Source of the DNA: an uncultured delta proteobacterium
GTDB lineage: Bacteria; Desulfobacterota; Desulfuromonadia; Geobacterales; Pseudopelobacteraceae
Assembly: GCA_963772835.1 (NCBI GenBank)
Contig: CAVYYZ010000001.1
Span: forward strand, 64,001 to 128,000
Reading direction: 5' to 3'
DNA length: 64,000 bases
Below the pieces are notes generated by a model that saw only the letters and a program-made list of their open reading frames with translations, did not search any database and was not told where the DNA came from. This document shows, in pieces, positions 44,573-54,660 of the stretch. Every line of letters starts with the position of its first letter. Position 1 is the first letter of the stretch. Position numbers and translations under genes: made by a program.

Positions 44573-45471
44573 TGCAAAGGAATGAGAGATTCGACAGCGC
44601 CGACCGGATCATTAAAATCGGATTTTGGGTTAATGCCGTCCTGATGATTATGAAGCTTTCTGCCGGGTACTGGGGGCGTTCTGATGCTGTTTTTGCCGAT
44701 GGTATCGAGAGCGCGTGCGATTTTGTCGCGATATTTGCGACCATGATGGCTCTCAAACTTGGCCGCCAACCCTTTGACGCCAATCACCCATACGGGCACG
44801 GCCGTGCTGAAAGTCTTGCCGCACTTCTGGTCTCTCTGGTTATCGCTGCTACCGGCGGCTGGATTCTTTACGAATCAGTAGCCAGCGTAATCATCGGGCA
44901 TTTTAAATCACCTGGATGGATAGCAGTTGCTGCGGCTGCACTGACGATCGGTATTAAAGAGTGGCTCTACCGCTTCTCGACACGTACCGGTAAAATGCTG
45001 GAAAGCCCGGCACTGCTGGCAATTGCAAAAGATCATCGGAAAGATGCGGTGACTTCAGTTTCTACTTTGATCGGCGTCATCGGTGCGTTTTTCGGGTGGG
45101 GGATTATGGATCCGATCGCCGCCGGATTGACATCGTTCTTTATCCTGCATATCGGATATCAGACGTTCCGGGAAGCTGCTCATGACCTGATGGACGGGAC
45201 AGCCCCGTCTGATTTTATTGATGCTCTGCAGGCACTTGCAGAAAGTGTCGAGCATGTAGATCATGTGCACGAAATGAGGGCACGCCGCTCAGGTCAGTAC
45301 ATGATCGTTGACTTGAAACTGGAAATGGATCCGGACATGACCGTTAAACAGTCTCATGACGTGGCTACCAGCGTAAAAAAACTTATCTTCGAACGCTATC
45401 CGGGGGTCGGTGATGTCATGATACACATTAATCCGCATGAAGAGGAACATGAGGACCTGATCAGGTTATGA
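44572..45471 (+). CDS. Cation diffusion facilitator transporter
   Basis: ADGIES..D, HPYGHGRAE, DHRKD, DP, C-terminal IHINP; TAATG coupling to recJ. Confidence 0.92.
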   Translation: MQRNERFDSADRIIKIGFWVNAVLMIMKLSAGYWGRSDAVFADGIESACDFVAIFATMMALKLGRQPFDANHPYGHGRAESLAALLVSLVIAATGGWILYESVASVIIGHFKSPGWIAVAAAALTIGIKEWLYRFSTRTGKMLESPALLAIAKDHRKDAVTSVSTLIGVIGAFFGWGIMDPIAAGLTSFFILHIGYQTFREAAHDLMDGTAPSDFIDALQALAESVEHVDHVHEMRARRSGQYMIVDLKLEMDPDMTVKQSHDVATSVKKLIFERYPGVGDVMIHINPHEEEHEDLIRL

Positions 45472-46187
45472 AGCTGTGGCGTCTGCTGATTTCCCTTGAA
45501 CTCTGCCTGGGGTTACTGTCTTTGGTCTGTGTGCTCATGGCGGTCGGTTCTGTTACTCTTTCCGGAGAGTATGCTGCAACTATTAACAGCATACCACTGC
45601 TTGGGTGGCTGCGGGGCGCGCCATTCCCTGTTTCCTGGTGGCTCTGGGTGTCGCTCGTGTTTCTCGCTCTGCTGGCATTGAATACGATCCTCTGCTCTTC
45701 AGAAACTCTCTGGTCACGATGGGGAAAGTCCGGGGCGACTTCACTTCTGGCTCCACAACTGATGCATGCCGGGTTTCTGCTGATTGTGTGTGCCCATCTG
45801 CTGAGTGCCGTAGGGTCTTCGCATCATGCGGTAGAGGTAGGGGAGATGACACTCGCAGCTTTGCCGGACGGTACAAGGTTTGGTATCGCATCAATTACGG
45901 TCAAGACTTCTTCCCAGGGGATTCCGATTGGCTTCAGCAGTGAGCTGGTGCCTGATCTGAACAGACTCGCCGGGAGGGTTGTCATATCACCCAATAAGCC
46001 CTGGTTCTCTCATGGATTCGGAGTGTATATCAAGCAGGCGGAAGCGTATCCATTAAAGCGAGCGCTTCTTGAGATTCATCGGGAGCCGGGCGCTGCTATG
46101 GCACTGGCTGGAGCAATACTGTTTACGCTCGGAAATGTAATGCTTTTAGTGATCAGATCGAGACAGCGTGAGATTGACGTTTTCTAG
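45468..46187 (+). CDS. ResB-like (cytochrome c biogenesis) membrane protein
   Basis: Several TMs, W..LNTILCS, LMHAGFLLI, SPNKP, REPG pattern typical of ResB-like proteins. Confidence 0.65.
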   Translation: MKLWRLLISLELCLGLLSLVCVLMAVGSVTLSGEYAATINSIPLLGWLRGAPFPVSWWLWVSLVFLALLALNTILCSSETLWSRWGKSGATSLLAPQLMHAGFLLIVCAHLLSAVGSSHHAVEVGEMTLAALPDGTRFGIASITVKTSSQGIPIGFSSELVPDLNRLAGRVVISPNKPWFSHGFGVYIKQAEAYPLKRALLEIHREPGAAMALAGAILFTLGNVMLLVIRSRQREIDVF

Positions 46188-47462
46188 AGTGCCCCGACAG
46201 TTCTCTCCACCGCAACTTGTTATCAGGACAGATATCTCTTCGTTCACCAGCAATTTATCACCCGGGAAAGTAACAGAGATAAAATTGCGCGATAATCCGT
46301 TGCAGTGGCCGGATAAAGCGTTATACCCCTGTACCAGCACCCTGCGTTCCCTCCCTGCAAACCGCTCCAGAAATAATTTTTTTTTCAGTTGGGCTATACT
46401 GCGCAAACGGGCGGCCCGTCCGGTAATAATATGAGAGGGGACGTGTCCCGGAAATCCGGCCGCCCTCGTCCCGGGACGACTGGAATAGGGGAATACGTGC
46501 AGATCGGAGAACGGAAGATCTTCGATCAGTCTGGCAGACTCTTCGAATTCTTCATCGGTTTCTCCCGGGAATCCGGCGATCACATCAGCTCCGATAAATG
46601 CGTCCGGCATGGTTTCGGAAGTTCGTATCATCAGATCCCGGAAATAAGCAGCTGTGTACGGCCGTCCCATGCGGTCCAAAACAGAATTTGAGCCGCTCTG
46701 CAGGGGTAAGTGCAGGTGCGGGCAGATATTCTTTGAAGTAGCCATCAAATTAAGTAGTTCGTCACTGACCTCATTCGGTTCGAGAGATCCGATGCGCAGA
46801 CGGGGAATGATTGACTCGGCATCAATCTGCCTGATAATGGCTGTCAGTGTTGTCGGTATTGTGAGATCAAGGCCGTACGCGCCTAAATGGATGCCGGTAA
46901 GCACAATCTCCTTGAAACCGTTGGCAGCGAGATCGCGTATCCTCTGGATGATGTCTTCAGGTGTGACACTGCGGCTGCGTCCACGAGCATATGGGACGAT
47001 GCAGTAGCTGCAGAATGAGTTACAGCCGTTCTGAATCTGGAGAAAAGCGCGGGTATGCTCTGCAAAGCTGGTCAGCTTGAGCGGTTCGATCTGACTGGCC
47101 GTGGTAATGTCAGAAACCGACAGTTCGGCAGTTTCGATAAGGGTGGATATGACTAGTTTTTCCTGGTTACCGAGTACGCAGTCAAGCTCGGGCATTTTTT
47201 CCAATTCTCCAGGAGCTACCTGGGCGTAGCACCCGGTTGCAATAATGCGGGATAGTGGATTCAGCCGGCGCGCTCGGCGGATCAGGCGACGGGTTTCCGC
47301 ATCCGTTCGTGCGGTAACGGTGCATGAATTGATGATATAGATGTCAGAAAACTCGGTAAACGGAACGATTCGGTACCCGGCGGCTATCAACTGTTCAGTC
47401 ATGGCTGCCGATTCGAATTGATTGGTTTTACACCCCAGAGTGCTTATGGCAACACGTTTCAT
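46146..47462 (-). CDS. mtaB: tRNA t6A37 methylthiotransferase
   Basis: TLGCKTNQFES, NSCTVT, TGCYAQ, CNSFCSYC radical SAM motif, HLPLQSG, HVFPYS. Confidence 0.93.
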   Translation of the reverse strand: MKRVAISTLGCKTNQFESAAMTEQLIAAGYRIVPFTEFSDIYIINSCTVTARTDAETRRLIRRARRLNPLSRIIATGCYAQVAPGELEKMPELDCVLGNQEKLVISTLIETAELSVSDITTASQIEPLKLTSFAEHTRAFLQIQNGCNSFCSYCIVPYARGRSRSVTPEDIIQRIRDLAANGFKEIVLTGIHLGAYGLDLTIPTTLTAIIRQIDAESIIPRLRIGSLEPNEVSDELLNLMATSKNICPHLHLPLQSGSNSVLDRMGRPYTAAYFRDLMIRTSETMPDAFIGADVIAGFPGETDEEFEESARLIEDLPFSDLHVFPYSSRPGTRAAGFPGHVPSHIITGRAARLRSIAQLKKKLFLERFAGRERRVLVQGYNALSGHCNGLSRNFISVTFPGDKLLVNEEISVLITSCGGENCRGTLENVNLTLSRSDH

Positions 47463-48814
47463 ATATTTATCGGGTCCTTTTCCAGTGAGACAAGTGTTCT
47501 GCTGACATAGATGACAACGATCAGCGCCGCCGACCATGTAATTCCGAATATTCCCCACCAGATGCCTGTCAACCCTAATCCCATGACTGAAGTAAACAGG
47601 TAGAATACGCATGCCGGACCGGCGATCTGGCGATACAGTCCGATAATGAGGCCGAACAGAGGCATTTTAATCCCCTGCATGGCTGAAATGGAGATGTAGA
47701 GCAGAACATACGCCGGCAGTACATATGCCTCAACCGTCAGAAACCCGACACCGGCTTCAATGACAGAGCGGTCTTTGGTGAAGAGCCCCATCAATTCGCG
47801 GCTGTACAGGAGTGCCCCGACAGTGCCGGACAGAGCCAGTATCACACCGTAAAAGAGCGAAACCCGAACTGTCTCACGGATACGGTTGAATTTTCCTGCA
47901 CCGAAATTTTGAGCAGTCAATGCAAGGGTGGCTATGTTCAGTCCCATAACCGGCAGAAGCGCAATCTGTTCAATACGTGTGCCTATGCCGTATGCTGCCA
48001 CGGCATGCTCACCGTAGCGTCCTGCGAACCAGGTAATGATGAAAATTCCGAGCGAGATAGTCATCATATTCATGGTTGAGGGAAACCCTTGCCTGAAAAG
48101 CTCGCGGAAATATATCCAGCGGGGACGAAGATCGGCAGGGTGTAAAGAAGGCATGCTCCCGGTTTTAAATATCTGGCTGAACAGGTAAAAAACTCCTGCG
48201 AACTGCACAAGCACGGTTGCCAAGGCTATTCCTGCCAGGCCTAATGCCGGAAGTCCTGCCCCGCCGTACATGAACCAGGGGTCTAGAATCAGATTGAGAA
48301 AAAAACCGCCGATTAGAAAGTTGCGGTACGGTAATGTGTTGCCATGTGAGTTGAGGATGGCGTTCATCGCGAAGTTTAGCAGAAAGAATGTGCTGCCGGC
48401 AAAAATTACATTCATGTAGCGTAAGGCATAGGCAAGGTATTCCCCACGGGCACCCATAATGGTGAAAATATATGGCGCAAGTATCAGGCCCGCGCCAGTG
48501 AGTAACAGAGCATGGATCAGGGTAAAAGAGAGAGATTGCGACAGAAAGAGACCGGCCTCGACCCGGTCGTTTCGGCCGAGGGCATTGCCGATCAGTGCAG
48601 TTGCACCGGTAGATATTCCTCCGCCGACGGCCAGGATCAGAAAAAATACCGGGAAGGAAAGCGACATCGCAGCCAGGGCAGAGGTCGATAGTTGCCCGCC
48701 ATACCAGGTGTCTACAACATTGAACATTGTGTTAAAGAAAAAACCTGTCCCGGCCGGTATTGCCAGGCGCCTGACGAGATGAGGTACTGGTGCGGATGTC
48801 AGATCTGAATTCAT
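47459..48814 (-). CDS. MATE family efflux transporter
   Basis: LAIP..NVVDTW, NLILDP, GLAGIALAT, QNFGA; many TMs. Confidence 0.92.
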   Translation of the reverse strand: MNSDLTSAPVPHLVRRLAIPAGTGFFFNTMFNVVDTWYGGQLSTSALAAMSLSFPVFFLILAVGGGISTGATALIGNALGRNDRVEAGLFLSQSLSFTLIHALLLTGAGLILAPYIFTIMGARGEYLAYALRYMNVIFAGSTFFLLNFAMNAILNSHGNTLPYRNFLIGGFFLNLILDPWFMYGGAGLPALGLAGIALATVLVQFAGVFYLFSQIFKTGSMPSLHPADLRPRWIYFRELFRQGFPSTMNMMTISLGIFIITWFAGRYGEHAVAAYGIGTRIEQIALLPVMGLNIATLALTAQNFGAGKFNRIRETVRVSLFYGVILALSGTVGALLYSRELMGLFTKDRSVIEAGVGFLTVEAYVLPAYVLLYISISAMQGIKMPLFGLIIGLYRQIAGPACVFYLFTSVMGLGLTGIWWGIFGITWSAALIVVIYVSRTLVSLEKDPINI

Positions 48815-48979
48815 GAAAACAGGGTAAGTTGTCAAGGTCCACGGGTCAAGAAAAAACACACAAACCGGTTGCTGGATTTCCGTCAGCGGTTTTAGTTGAA
48901 AAAACAGGAAAAAACAGCTAAAACGGAACACGATTTTATTTTTTTGAAAACTGATGTTGACTATATTCGGGAGGCACTC

Positions 48980-50548
48980 ATGAGTTTAATCAAGTTGTAT
49001 GATACAACACTGCGGGACGGAACCCAGGCCGAAGACATCTCCTTTCTGCTTGAGGACAAAATCCGCATTGCTCACAAGCTTGACGAATTAGGCGTTCACT
49101 ATATCGAGGGTGGATGGCCGGGCAGTAACCCAAAAGATGTCTCTTTTTTTAAAGATATTAAAAAGGAAAAGCTGAATCAAGCCAAAATTGCGGCATTTGG
49201 TTCCACCCGTCGTGCCAAGGTGACGCCTGATAAAGACAGCAATATAATTACGCTGGTAAAAGCAGAGCCGGATGCGATTACCATTTTCGGGAAATCGTGG
49301 GATTTTCATGTGCGCGAAGCGTTGCGTATTTCACTTGAGGAAAATCTTGAGCTGATTTTTGATTCCCTTGAATATCTTAAAAAGCATGCTCCCGAAGTTT
49401 TCTATGACGCCGAGCACTTCTTTGACGGTTACAAGGCGAATCCCGAGTACGCAATAAAAACTCTCCAAGCTGCAGAAAGTGCCAACGTTGACTGTATTAT
49501 TCTGTGCGACACCAACGGTGGCACGATGCCGTACGAGATTGCCGAAATAATCAAAAAAGTTAAAAAACATATCAAAATCCCGCTCGGCATACACACACAT
49601 AATGACGGTGAATGTGCCGTAGCCAACACTATGATTGCGGTTGAACAGGGAATTGTGCAGGTTCAGGGTACGATCAACGGGTTCGGTGAGCGATGCGGCA
49701 ACGCTAACCTCTGCTCGATCATTCCGGCACTGAAGGCCAAGATGAAGAAGGAATGTATTTCCGACGAACAGATGCGGCATCTGCGGGAGGTCTCCCGTTA
49801 CGTATATGAACTTGCCAATATTTCCCCGAACAAGCATCAGGCTTACGTTGGAAACTCCGCTTTCGCCCACAAGGGAGGCGTGCATGTCAGCGCCATCCAG
49901 CGTCATCCGGAAACCTACGAACATATGCGTCCGGAACTGGTCGGCAACTGTACCCGCGTACTGATTTCTGATCTGTCAGGGCGCTCCAATATTCTTGCAA
50001 AGGCAGAAGAGTTCAATATCAATCTAGACAGCAAAGATCCCGTTACAATGGAGATCCTTGATAACATTAAGGATATGGAGAACCGCGGGTATCAGTTCGA
50101 GGGGGCTGAAGCATCTTTTGAACTTTTGATGAAAAAGGCGCTCGGTTCTCACAAAAAGTTCTTCAGCGTGTTGGGCTTTCGTGTGATTGATGAAAAGCGC
50201 GGTGAAGATCAGAAGCCGATGGCAGAAGCAACTATCATGGTCAAGGTCGGCGGAAAAGTTGAACACACAGCCGCTGAAGGGAATGGCCCGGTCAATGCGC
50301 TTGATAATGCAATCCGTAAAGCGCTTGAGAAGTTCTATCCCAAGTTGAAGGAAGTAAAACTTCTGGATTATAAGGTTCGCGTACTGCCGGCAGGTCAGGG
50401 GACGGCATCATCGACACGAGTACTGATTGAATCCGGAGATAAACATGCCCGCTGGGGCACCGTCGGCGTTTCTGACAACATTATCGATGCATCATATCAG
50501 GCACTGATTGACAGCATCGACTATAAACTTCACAAATCTGAGGAGTGA
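48980..50548 (+). CDS. cimA: Citramalate synthase
   Basis: [55 protein letters not shown]. Confidence 0.92.
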   Translation: MSLIKLYDTTLRDGTQAEDISFLLEDKIRIAHKLDELGVHYIEGGWPGSNPKDVSFFKDIKKEKLNQAKIAAFGSTRRAKVTPDKDSNIITLVKAEPDAITIFGKSWDFHVREALRISLEENLELIFDSLEYLKKHAPEVFYDAEHFFDGYKANPEYAIKTLQAAESANVDCIILCDTNGGTMPYEIAEIIKKVKKHIKIPLGIHTHNDGECAVANTMIAVEQGIVQVQGTINGFGERCGNANLCSIIPALKAKMKKECISDEQMRHLREVSRYVYELANISPNKHQAYVGNSAFAHKGGVHVSAIQRHPETYEHMRPELVGNCTRVLISDLSGRSNILAKAEEFNINLDSKDPVTMEILDNIKDMENRGYQFEGAEASFELLMKKALGSHKKFFSVLGFRVIDEKRGEDQKPMAEATIMVKVGGKVEHTAAEGNGPVNALDNAIRKALEKFYPKLKEVKLLDYKVRVLPAGQGTASSTRVLIESGDKHARWGTVGVSDNIIDASYQALIDSIDYKLHKSEE

Positions 50549-50659
50549 TTCCGATTTTAAATCAGCATGTAATCTTCGTCGGTTCATATCCGACCTTTCG
50601 TCGTACTTTTTTGTCCCTTTTCGCCGCATTGGCCCTACTGTCTTGATTTCAACCTTTAT

Positions 50660-51256
50660 TTGAAATCGGACAAACCTGGAGCGGAATCAGTGTGGCGGTT
50701 CGTAATGGTTGCATGTGCTGCACTACTTCTTGTGGCGCCGGCATTTAAAATCCGAAAGAGTTCCAAGGCTCCTGCTGTAACGGATTTTCGTGCATTCTCA
50801 AGCTGCAGTGTATTGGTCAAGGTCAGCGGGGATGTTGTTCATCCGGGTGTATACGAGATTGGCGCCAATAAAATGGCAGAGTGCGCCATAAAAATGGCTG
50901 AGCCATTGCGCCCGCTTGGTCTGCCACTAATTGAGCCGCTGGAAAACCGTTTGCTGAACGGGTCGACGGTAAACCTCTCGAGTATGGTTGATGGCAGCTA
51001 TGCGTTGAAGGTGGATCGGATGACGGTTGCTGAACGGTTGATTCTGAATATACCGCTCGATATTGCATCAATGAGTGAAGATGATTTTAGTAGCGTGCCA
51101 GGCATAGGTCCGGCTTTGGCCAGGCGCATATGCGTATATCGCCAAAAAAATGGCGGTTTAATGCGTATTGAAGACCTGGTCGGAATTGAAGGGATTGGTG
51201 AAAAGAAGTATAATCTACTTCTGACCTACTTTCAACATCCTGATAATACAAGATAA
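50660..51256 (+). CDS. ComEA-like SLBB and helix-hairpin-helix protein
   Basis: VSGDVVHPGVY, VPGIGPALARRI, IEGIGEKK. Confidence 0.85.
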   Translation: MKSDKPGAESVWRFVMVACAALLLVAPAFKIRKSSKAPAVTDFRAFSSCSVLVKVSGDVVHPGVYEIGANKMAECAIKMAEPLRPLGLPLIEPLENRLLNGSTVNLSSMVDGSYALKVDRMTVAERLILNIPLDIASMSEDDFSSVPGIGPALARRICVYRQKNGGLMRIEDLVGIEGIGEKKYNLLLTYFQHPDNTR

Positions 51257-51296
51257 AAAATAAAATATATTGATTTATTTAAATAATATTAGCCTT

Positions 51297-51311
51297 TGGC
51301 ATACATGGTGT
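51297..51311 (+). promoter_or_regulatory. Putative sigma54 promoter (non-canonical -12)
   Basis: TGGCATACATGGTGT (GG-N10-GT); AT-rich IHF-like site at 51263-51275 upstream. Confidence 0.45.
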
Positions 51312-51355
51312 AATGACCCCCCTGTCTTGACTTAATACGACACCCAGGGGGGGTT

Positions 51356-51511
51356 ATGCACTGTCCGCGTTGCAAGGGCCGCATGTTTGCAGAGAAATTT
51401 TATGATTTTGTCCGCTCTTTCGACGCATGGAAATGTACCTGTTGCGGGGAACTGCTGGATTCTACCATTCTTGCCAATCGGGCCAGGAACAACAACGCCC
51501 ATCTTGGCTAG
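51356..51511 (+). CDS. 51-aa zinc-ribbon-like protein (not in ORF track)
   Basis: Hand translation MHCPRCKGRMFAEKFYDFVRSFDAWKCTCCGELLDSTILANRARNNNAHLG*; CxxC...CxxC; followed by a terminator. Confidence 0.85.
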   Translation: MHCPRCKGRMFAEKFYDFVRSFDAWKCTCCGELLDSTILANRARNNNAHLG

Positions 51512-51548
51512 TCCCAAATAAATAAAGAATGCTGCCACACGGCATCAC

Positions 51549-51575
51549 GGGAATCTGATTTCAGGTTCCCTTTTT
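51549..51575 (+). terminator. Terminator after the zinc-ribbon gene
   Basis: GGGAATCTG-ATTT-CAGGTTCCC followed by T5. Confidence 0.75.
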
Positions 51576-51652
51576 ATTTGACTCTGCATCTCTGACAGGT
51601 TAATGAACAGCTCCATGTTTTGATTTTTTACGATACCGAGGAGTTGTCATAT

Positions 51653-52369
51653 ATGAGAAATGATGGTCGCAATGCCGCCGTTTTACGTTCAATAATAATT
51701 ACACGCAATTTTACCAAACACGCCGAAGGCTCGGTGCTGATCGAATTCGGCGATACCAAGGTTCTCTGCACAGCATCGGTAGAGGAATCAGTGCCACCAT
51801 TTCTGAGGGGGAAAGGTACCGGTTGGGTAACCGCAGAATACGCAATGCTTCCCCGGGCCACACACACACGCTCTCCCAGAGAAGCGGCGAAAGGTAAGCA
51901 GACCGGCCGTACTTTGGAAATCCAGCGATTGATCGGCCGTTCTCTGCGAGCGGTGACTGATCTTGCAAAACTTGGTGAACGTTCAATATACATAGATTGT
52001 GATGTCATACAGGCAGATGGCGGGACACGTACTGCCTCAATAACCGGCGCGTATGTTGCCCTTTTTGATGCATTAACGACATTAAAGACGAAGGGATTAC
52101 TCACTGAAATTCCGCTCAAGGAAGCCGTTGCAGCTGTCAGTGTCGGCATTGTGGGCGGGAAAGCTCTGCTGGACCTGAATTATTTAGAGGATTCTGCAGC
52201 AGAAGTTGATATGAATTTTGTTATAACCTCCAGTGGACGTTTTGTAGAGGTGCAGGGTACGGCCGAAGCAGAACCCTTTACAAGCGCGGAAATGGACGCT
52301 ATGCGTGACTTGGCAGTCGATGGCGTGCAGCAGCTCTTTAAATTCCAGAAAGAAGCACTGGCAAAATGA
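51653..52369 (+). CDS. rph: Ribonuclease PH
   Basis: [49 protein letters not shown]. Confidence 0.97.
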   Translation: MRNDGRNAAVLRSIIITRNFTKHAEGSVLIEFGDTKVLCTASVEESVPPFLRGKGTGWVTAEYAMLPRATHTRSPREAAKGKQTGRTLEIQRLIGRSLRAVTDLAKLGERSIYIDCDVIQADGGTRTASITGAYVALFDALTTLKTKGLLTEIPLKEAVAAVSVGIVGGKALLDLNYLEDSAAEVDMNFVITSSGRFVEVQGTAEAEPFTSAEMDAMRDLAVDGVQQLFKFQKEALAK

Positions 52370-52959
52370 AACAACTGGTAGTAGCGACCCGTAATAAAGG
52401 CAAGATGCTTGAAATAAATTCCCTGCTGACTGGTTTGGTGGGCAAGATCTATAGCGCTTTAGATTTTATCGATTTTCCTGAGACAGTTGAAGACGGAACC
52501 ACATTCGAGGAAAATGCACTTAAAAAAGCACGTGAAGCCTCCCTCTATTCGGGGTTTCCGGCGCTGGCCGATGACTCCGGTCTGGTGGTTGTCTCCCTGA
52601 ATGGACGTCCCGGTGTTCTTTCGGCTCGTTATGCCACTACTGGCTCCGGTGATGCCGCAAATAATGCCAGGTTGCTGGACGAATGCCGGGATGTTCCTGA
52701 CGACCGGCGTCAGGCTGCTTTTGTCTGTGTTATGGCTTTTGTGACTCCGGAGGGCGATGAGCGGTTGTTTTCCGGGAGAGTTGAAGGTCGGATTCTTTCT
52801 GCCGAGCGGGGGGAGGGGGGCTTTGGTTATGATCCGCTTTTTCTTGTGGATGGTTTTGAACGAAGTATGGCAGAGCTGACATTAGCGGAGAAAAATTCAA
52901 TTAGCCACCGAGCACAGGCATTTATAAAATTCCGTGGGTATCTGGAAACGATTGAATAA
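52366..52959 (+). CDS. rdgB: dITP/XTP pyrophosphatase
   Basis: [36 protein letters not shown]. Confidence 0.96.
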   Translation: MKQLVVATRNKGKMLEINSLLTGLVGKIYSALDFIDFPETVEDGTTFEENALKKAREASLYSGFPALADDSGLVVVSLNGRPGVLSARYATTGSGDAANNARLLDECRDVPDDRRQAAFVCVMAFVTPEGDERLFSGRVEGRILSAERGEGGFGYDPLFLVDGFERSMAELTLAEKNSISHRAQAFIKFRGYLETIE

Positions 52960-52975
52960 AAGGGAAACGTACACT

Positions 52976-54436
52976 GTGAAGAAAAACAATCAATTCGAAT
53001 ATGCGAAGAAAAAAAATGTACGAGAACCCGCACTAAAAACATCTGAGCCGGTGAGTGCCGATAAACCTTTCGTGCCTTTGACCCGTAAGGGGGTTCTGGA
53101 AATACGCATAACCTCCCTGGATGAAGACGGGTACGGTACATCCCGAAATGAAGACGGGATGACGCTCAAAGTTGGCGGGGCATTGCCTGGTGATGTGGTC
53201 CTGGCAGGTATCGACCATGTTGCCGGAGGCACGGCGTTTTGCCATGTAAAAAAAATGCTGCAGCCTTCCCAGCTTCGGAGCAACAATCCTCCTTGTCGCG
53301 AAAGTGCCGATTGTTTCGGCTGCCCGCTGATTGCGATGAAATATTCTGAACAAAAAAACTGGAAACGGGGCATGATTCTGGCCGAGATGGCCAAATATCC
53401 AAGTCTGTCAAACAGTTCCGTGCTGCCGGTGCTTTCTCCTGACAATTTGATTCATTACCGCACGACAGCTAAATTGACGGTAGCAGGCAAGTTTTCAGAA
53501 CCGTTTATCGGCATCTATCGTCGTGCCAGTCATGATGTCTATGATCTTGAGCAATGCCCGATCCATCATCCACTTATTGATAAGGTGGTTGAAGCTGTAC
53601 GAAGAGGAATCAAAAAAGGTAAGGTTCAGGTTTATAATCCGCAAAGCAAAATGGGACTGCTTCGCTATCTGGTTGTACGTGTCTCGACCTATGAAAAAAA
53701 AGCTATGGTTGTTTTTGTTACTTCAAGCCGGTCATTCAACGAAATCCATCATCTGGGGCGTTTTGTACAGGATCAGGTTCCAGAGGTTGAAATCGTTGTC
53801 CAGAATGTTAATCCGACTGAAGGCAACGTGATTATGGGGCAGAAAGATTATTTCCTGACCAAGAAATTGTATTTGACGGAGCGTATCGGCGACGTATCTT
53901 TCAGAATTTCACCACGATCATTTTTTCAGGTAAATAATAGCGGCGCCAACCTGATTTACAGTAAGGTAAACGAATGGGCCGGGCTTACCGGCGTTGAAAC
54001 GGTGCTTGACCTGTACTGCGGAATTGGCGGGATTGCGCTGTTCCTGGCAGGGTCCGCAAAAAATGTGATCGGTGTTGAAGTTGTTGAAGAAGCCGTAGCC
54101 GATGCTCGTATGAACGCTCGAATAAACGGAATCAAGAATTGCCGGTTCGAAGCCGGGGACGTTGCCGATCTGCTTGATGAGATGGCAGGAGAACAGCTCT
54201 CCGTCGATGTCGCCGTGCTGAATCCGCCTCGTAAAGGATGTGACCAAAGCGTGCTGGAGAGGGTTACAGCCCTCGGGCCGAAATTGATTCTTTACGTTTC
54301 ATGCTCTCCTCAAAGCCTAGCGCGGGATCTGGATATTCTAAACAAGTTAGGGTACAGCTGCAGTGAAATTCAACCGGTTGACATGTTTCCACAGACGGTG
54401 CATGTTGAAAACGTTGCCAGATTGTCTAAACAGTAA
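52976..54436 (+). CDS. rlmD: 23S rRNA m5U1939 methyltransferase
   Basis: C..CFGC Fe-S motif, SFFQVN, DLYCGIG, NPPRKG, YVSC, DMFPQTVHVE. Confidence 0.9.
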   Translation: MKKNNQFEYAKKKNVREPALKTSEPVSADKPFVPLTRKGVLEIRITSLDEDGYGTSRNEDGMTLKVGGALPGDVVLAGIDHVAGGTAFCHVKKMLQPSQLRSNNPPCRESADCFGCPLIAMKYSEQKNWKRGMILAEMAKYPSLSNSSVLPVLSPDNLIHYRTTAKLTVAGKFSEPFIGIYRRASHDVYDLEQCPIHHPLIDKVVEAVRRGIKKGKVQVYNPQSKMGLLRYLVVRVSTYEKKAMVVFVTSSRSFNEIHHLGRFVQDQVPEVEIVVQNVNPTEGNVIMGQKDYFLTKKLYLTERIGDVSFRISPRSFFQVNNSGANLIYSKVNEWAGLTGVETVLDLYCGIGGIALFLAGSAKNVIGVEVVEEAVADARMNARINGIKNCRFEAGDVADLLDEMAGEQLSVDVAVLNPPRKGCDQSVLERVTALGPKLILYVSCSPQSLARDLDILNKLGYSCSEIQPVDMFPQTVHVENVARLSKQ

Positions 54437-54456
54437 CGTCGGGCAGTAAAATCAGC

Positions 54457-54485
54457 TTGACATCTATGGCGTAATTTGCTATTAC
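54457..54485 (+). promoter_or_regulatory. Sigma70 promoter of tRNA-Val/thrS
   Basis: TTGACA-N17-TATTAC with TG extension. Confidence 0.65.
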
Positions 54486-54503
54486 TCTCCAGCTTTTTGA
54501 TGT

Positions 54504-54578
54504 AGGCGCGTAGCTCAGCGGGAGAGCGCTACCCTGACACGGTAGAGGTCGGCGGTTCGACACCGCCCGCGCCTACCA
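54504..54578 (+). tRNA. tRNA-Val(GAC)
   Basis: AGGCGCG/CGCGCCT acceptor, CTACC-CTGACAC-GGTAG anticodon arm, GTTCGAC, CCA. Confidence 0.96.
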
Positions 54579-54610
54579 TTAATGAAGCAGAGATGGAGCG
54601 AGCAGGATGC

Positions 54611-54635
54611 AGGCATCGATGTATCGATGCCTTTT
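54611..54635 (+). terminator. Hairpin/terminator between tRNA-Val and thrS
   Basis: AGGCATCGAT-GT-ATCGATGCCT followed by a short T run. Confidence 0.6.
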
Positions 54636-54660
54636 CTGTTTGCCCCCTTAAAGGGAATTT

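Noticed and set aside
51332..51538. 68-aa minus-strand ORF in the track
   Set aside because: Shadow of the plus-strand 51-aa zinc-ribbon gene, which has the motif, RBS and terminator
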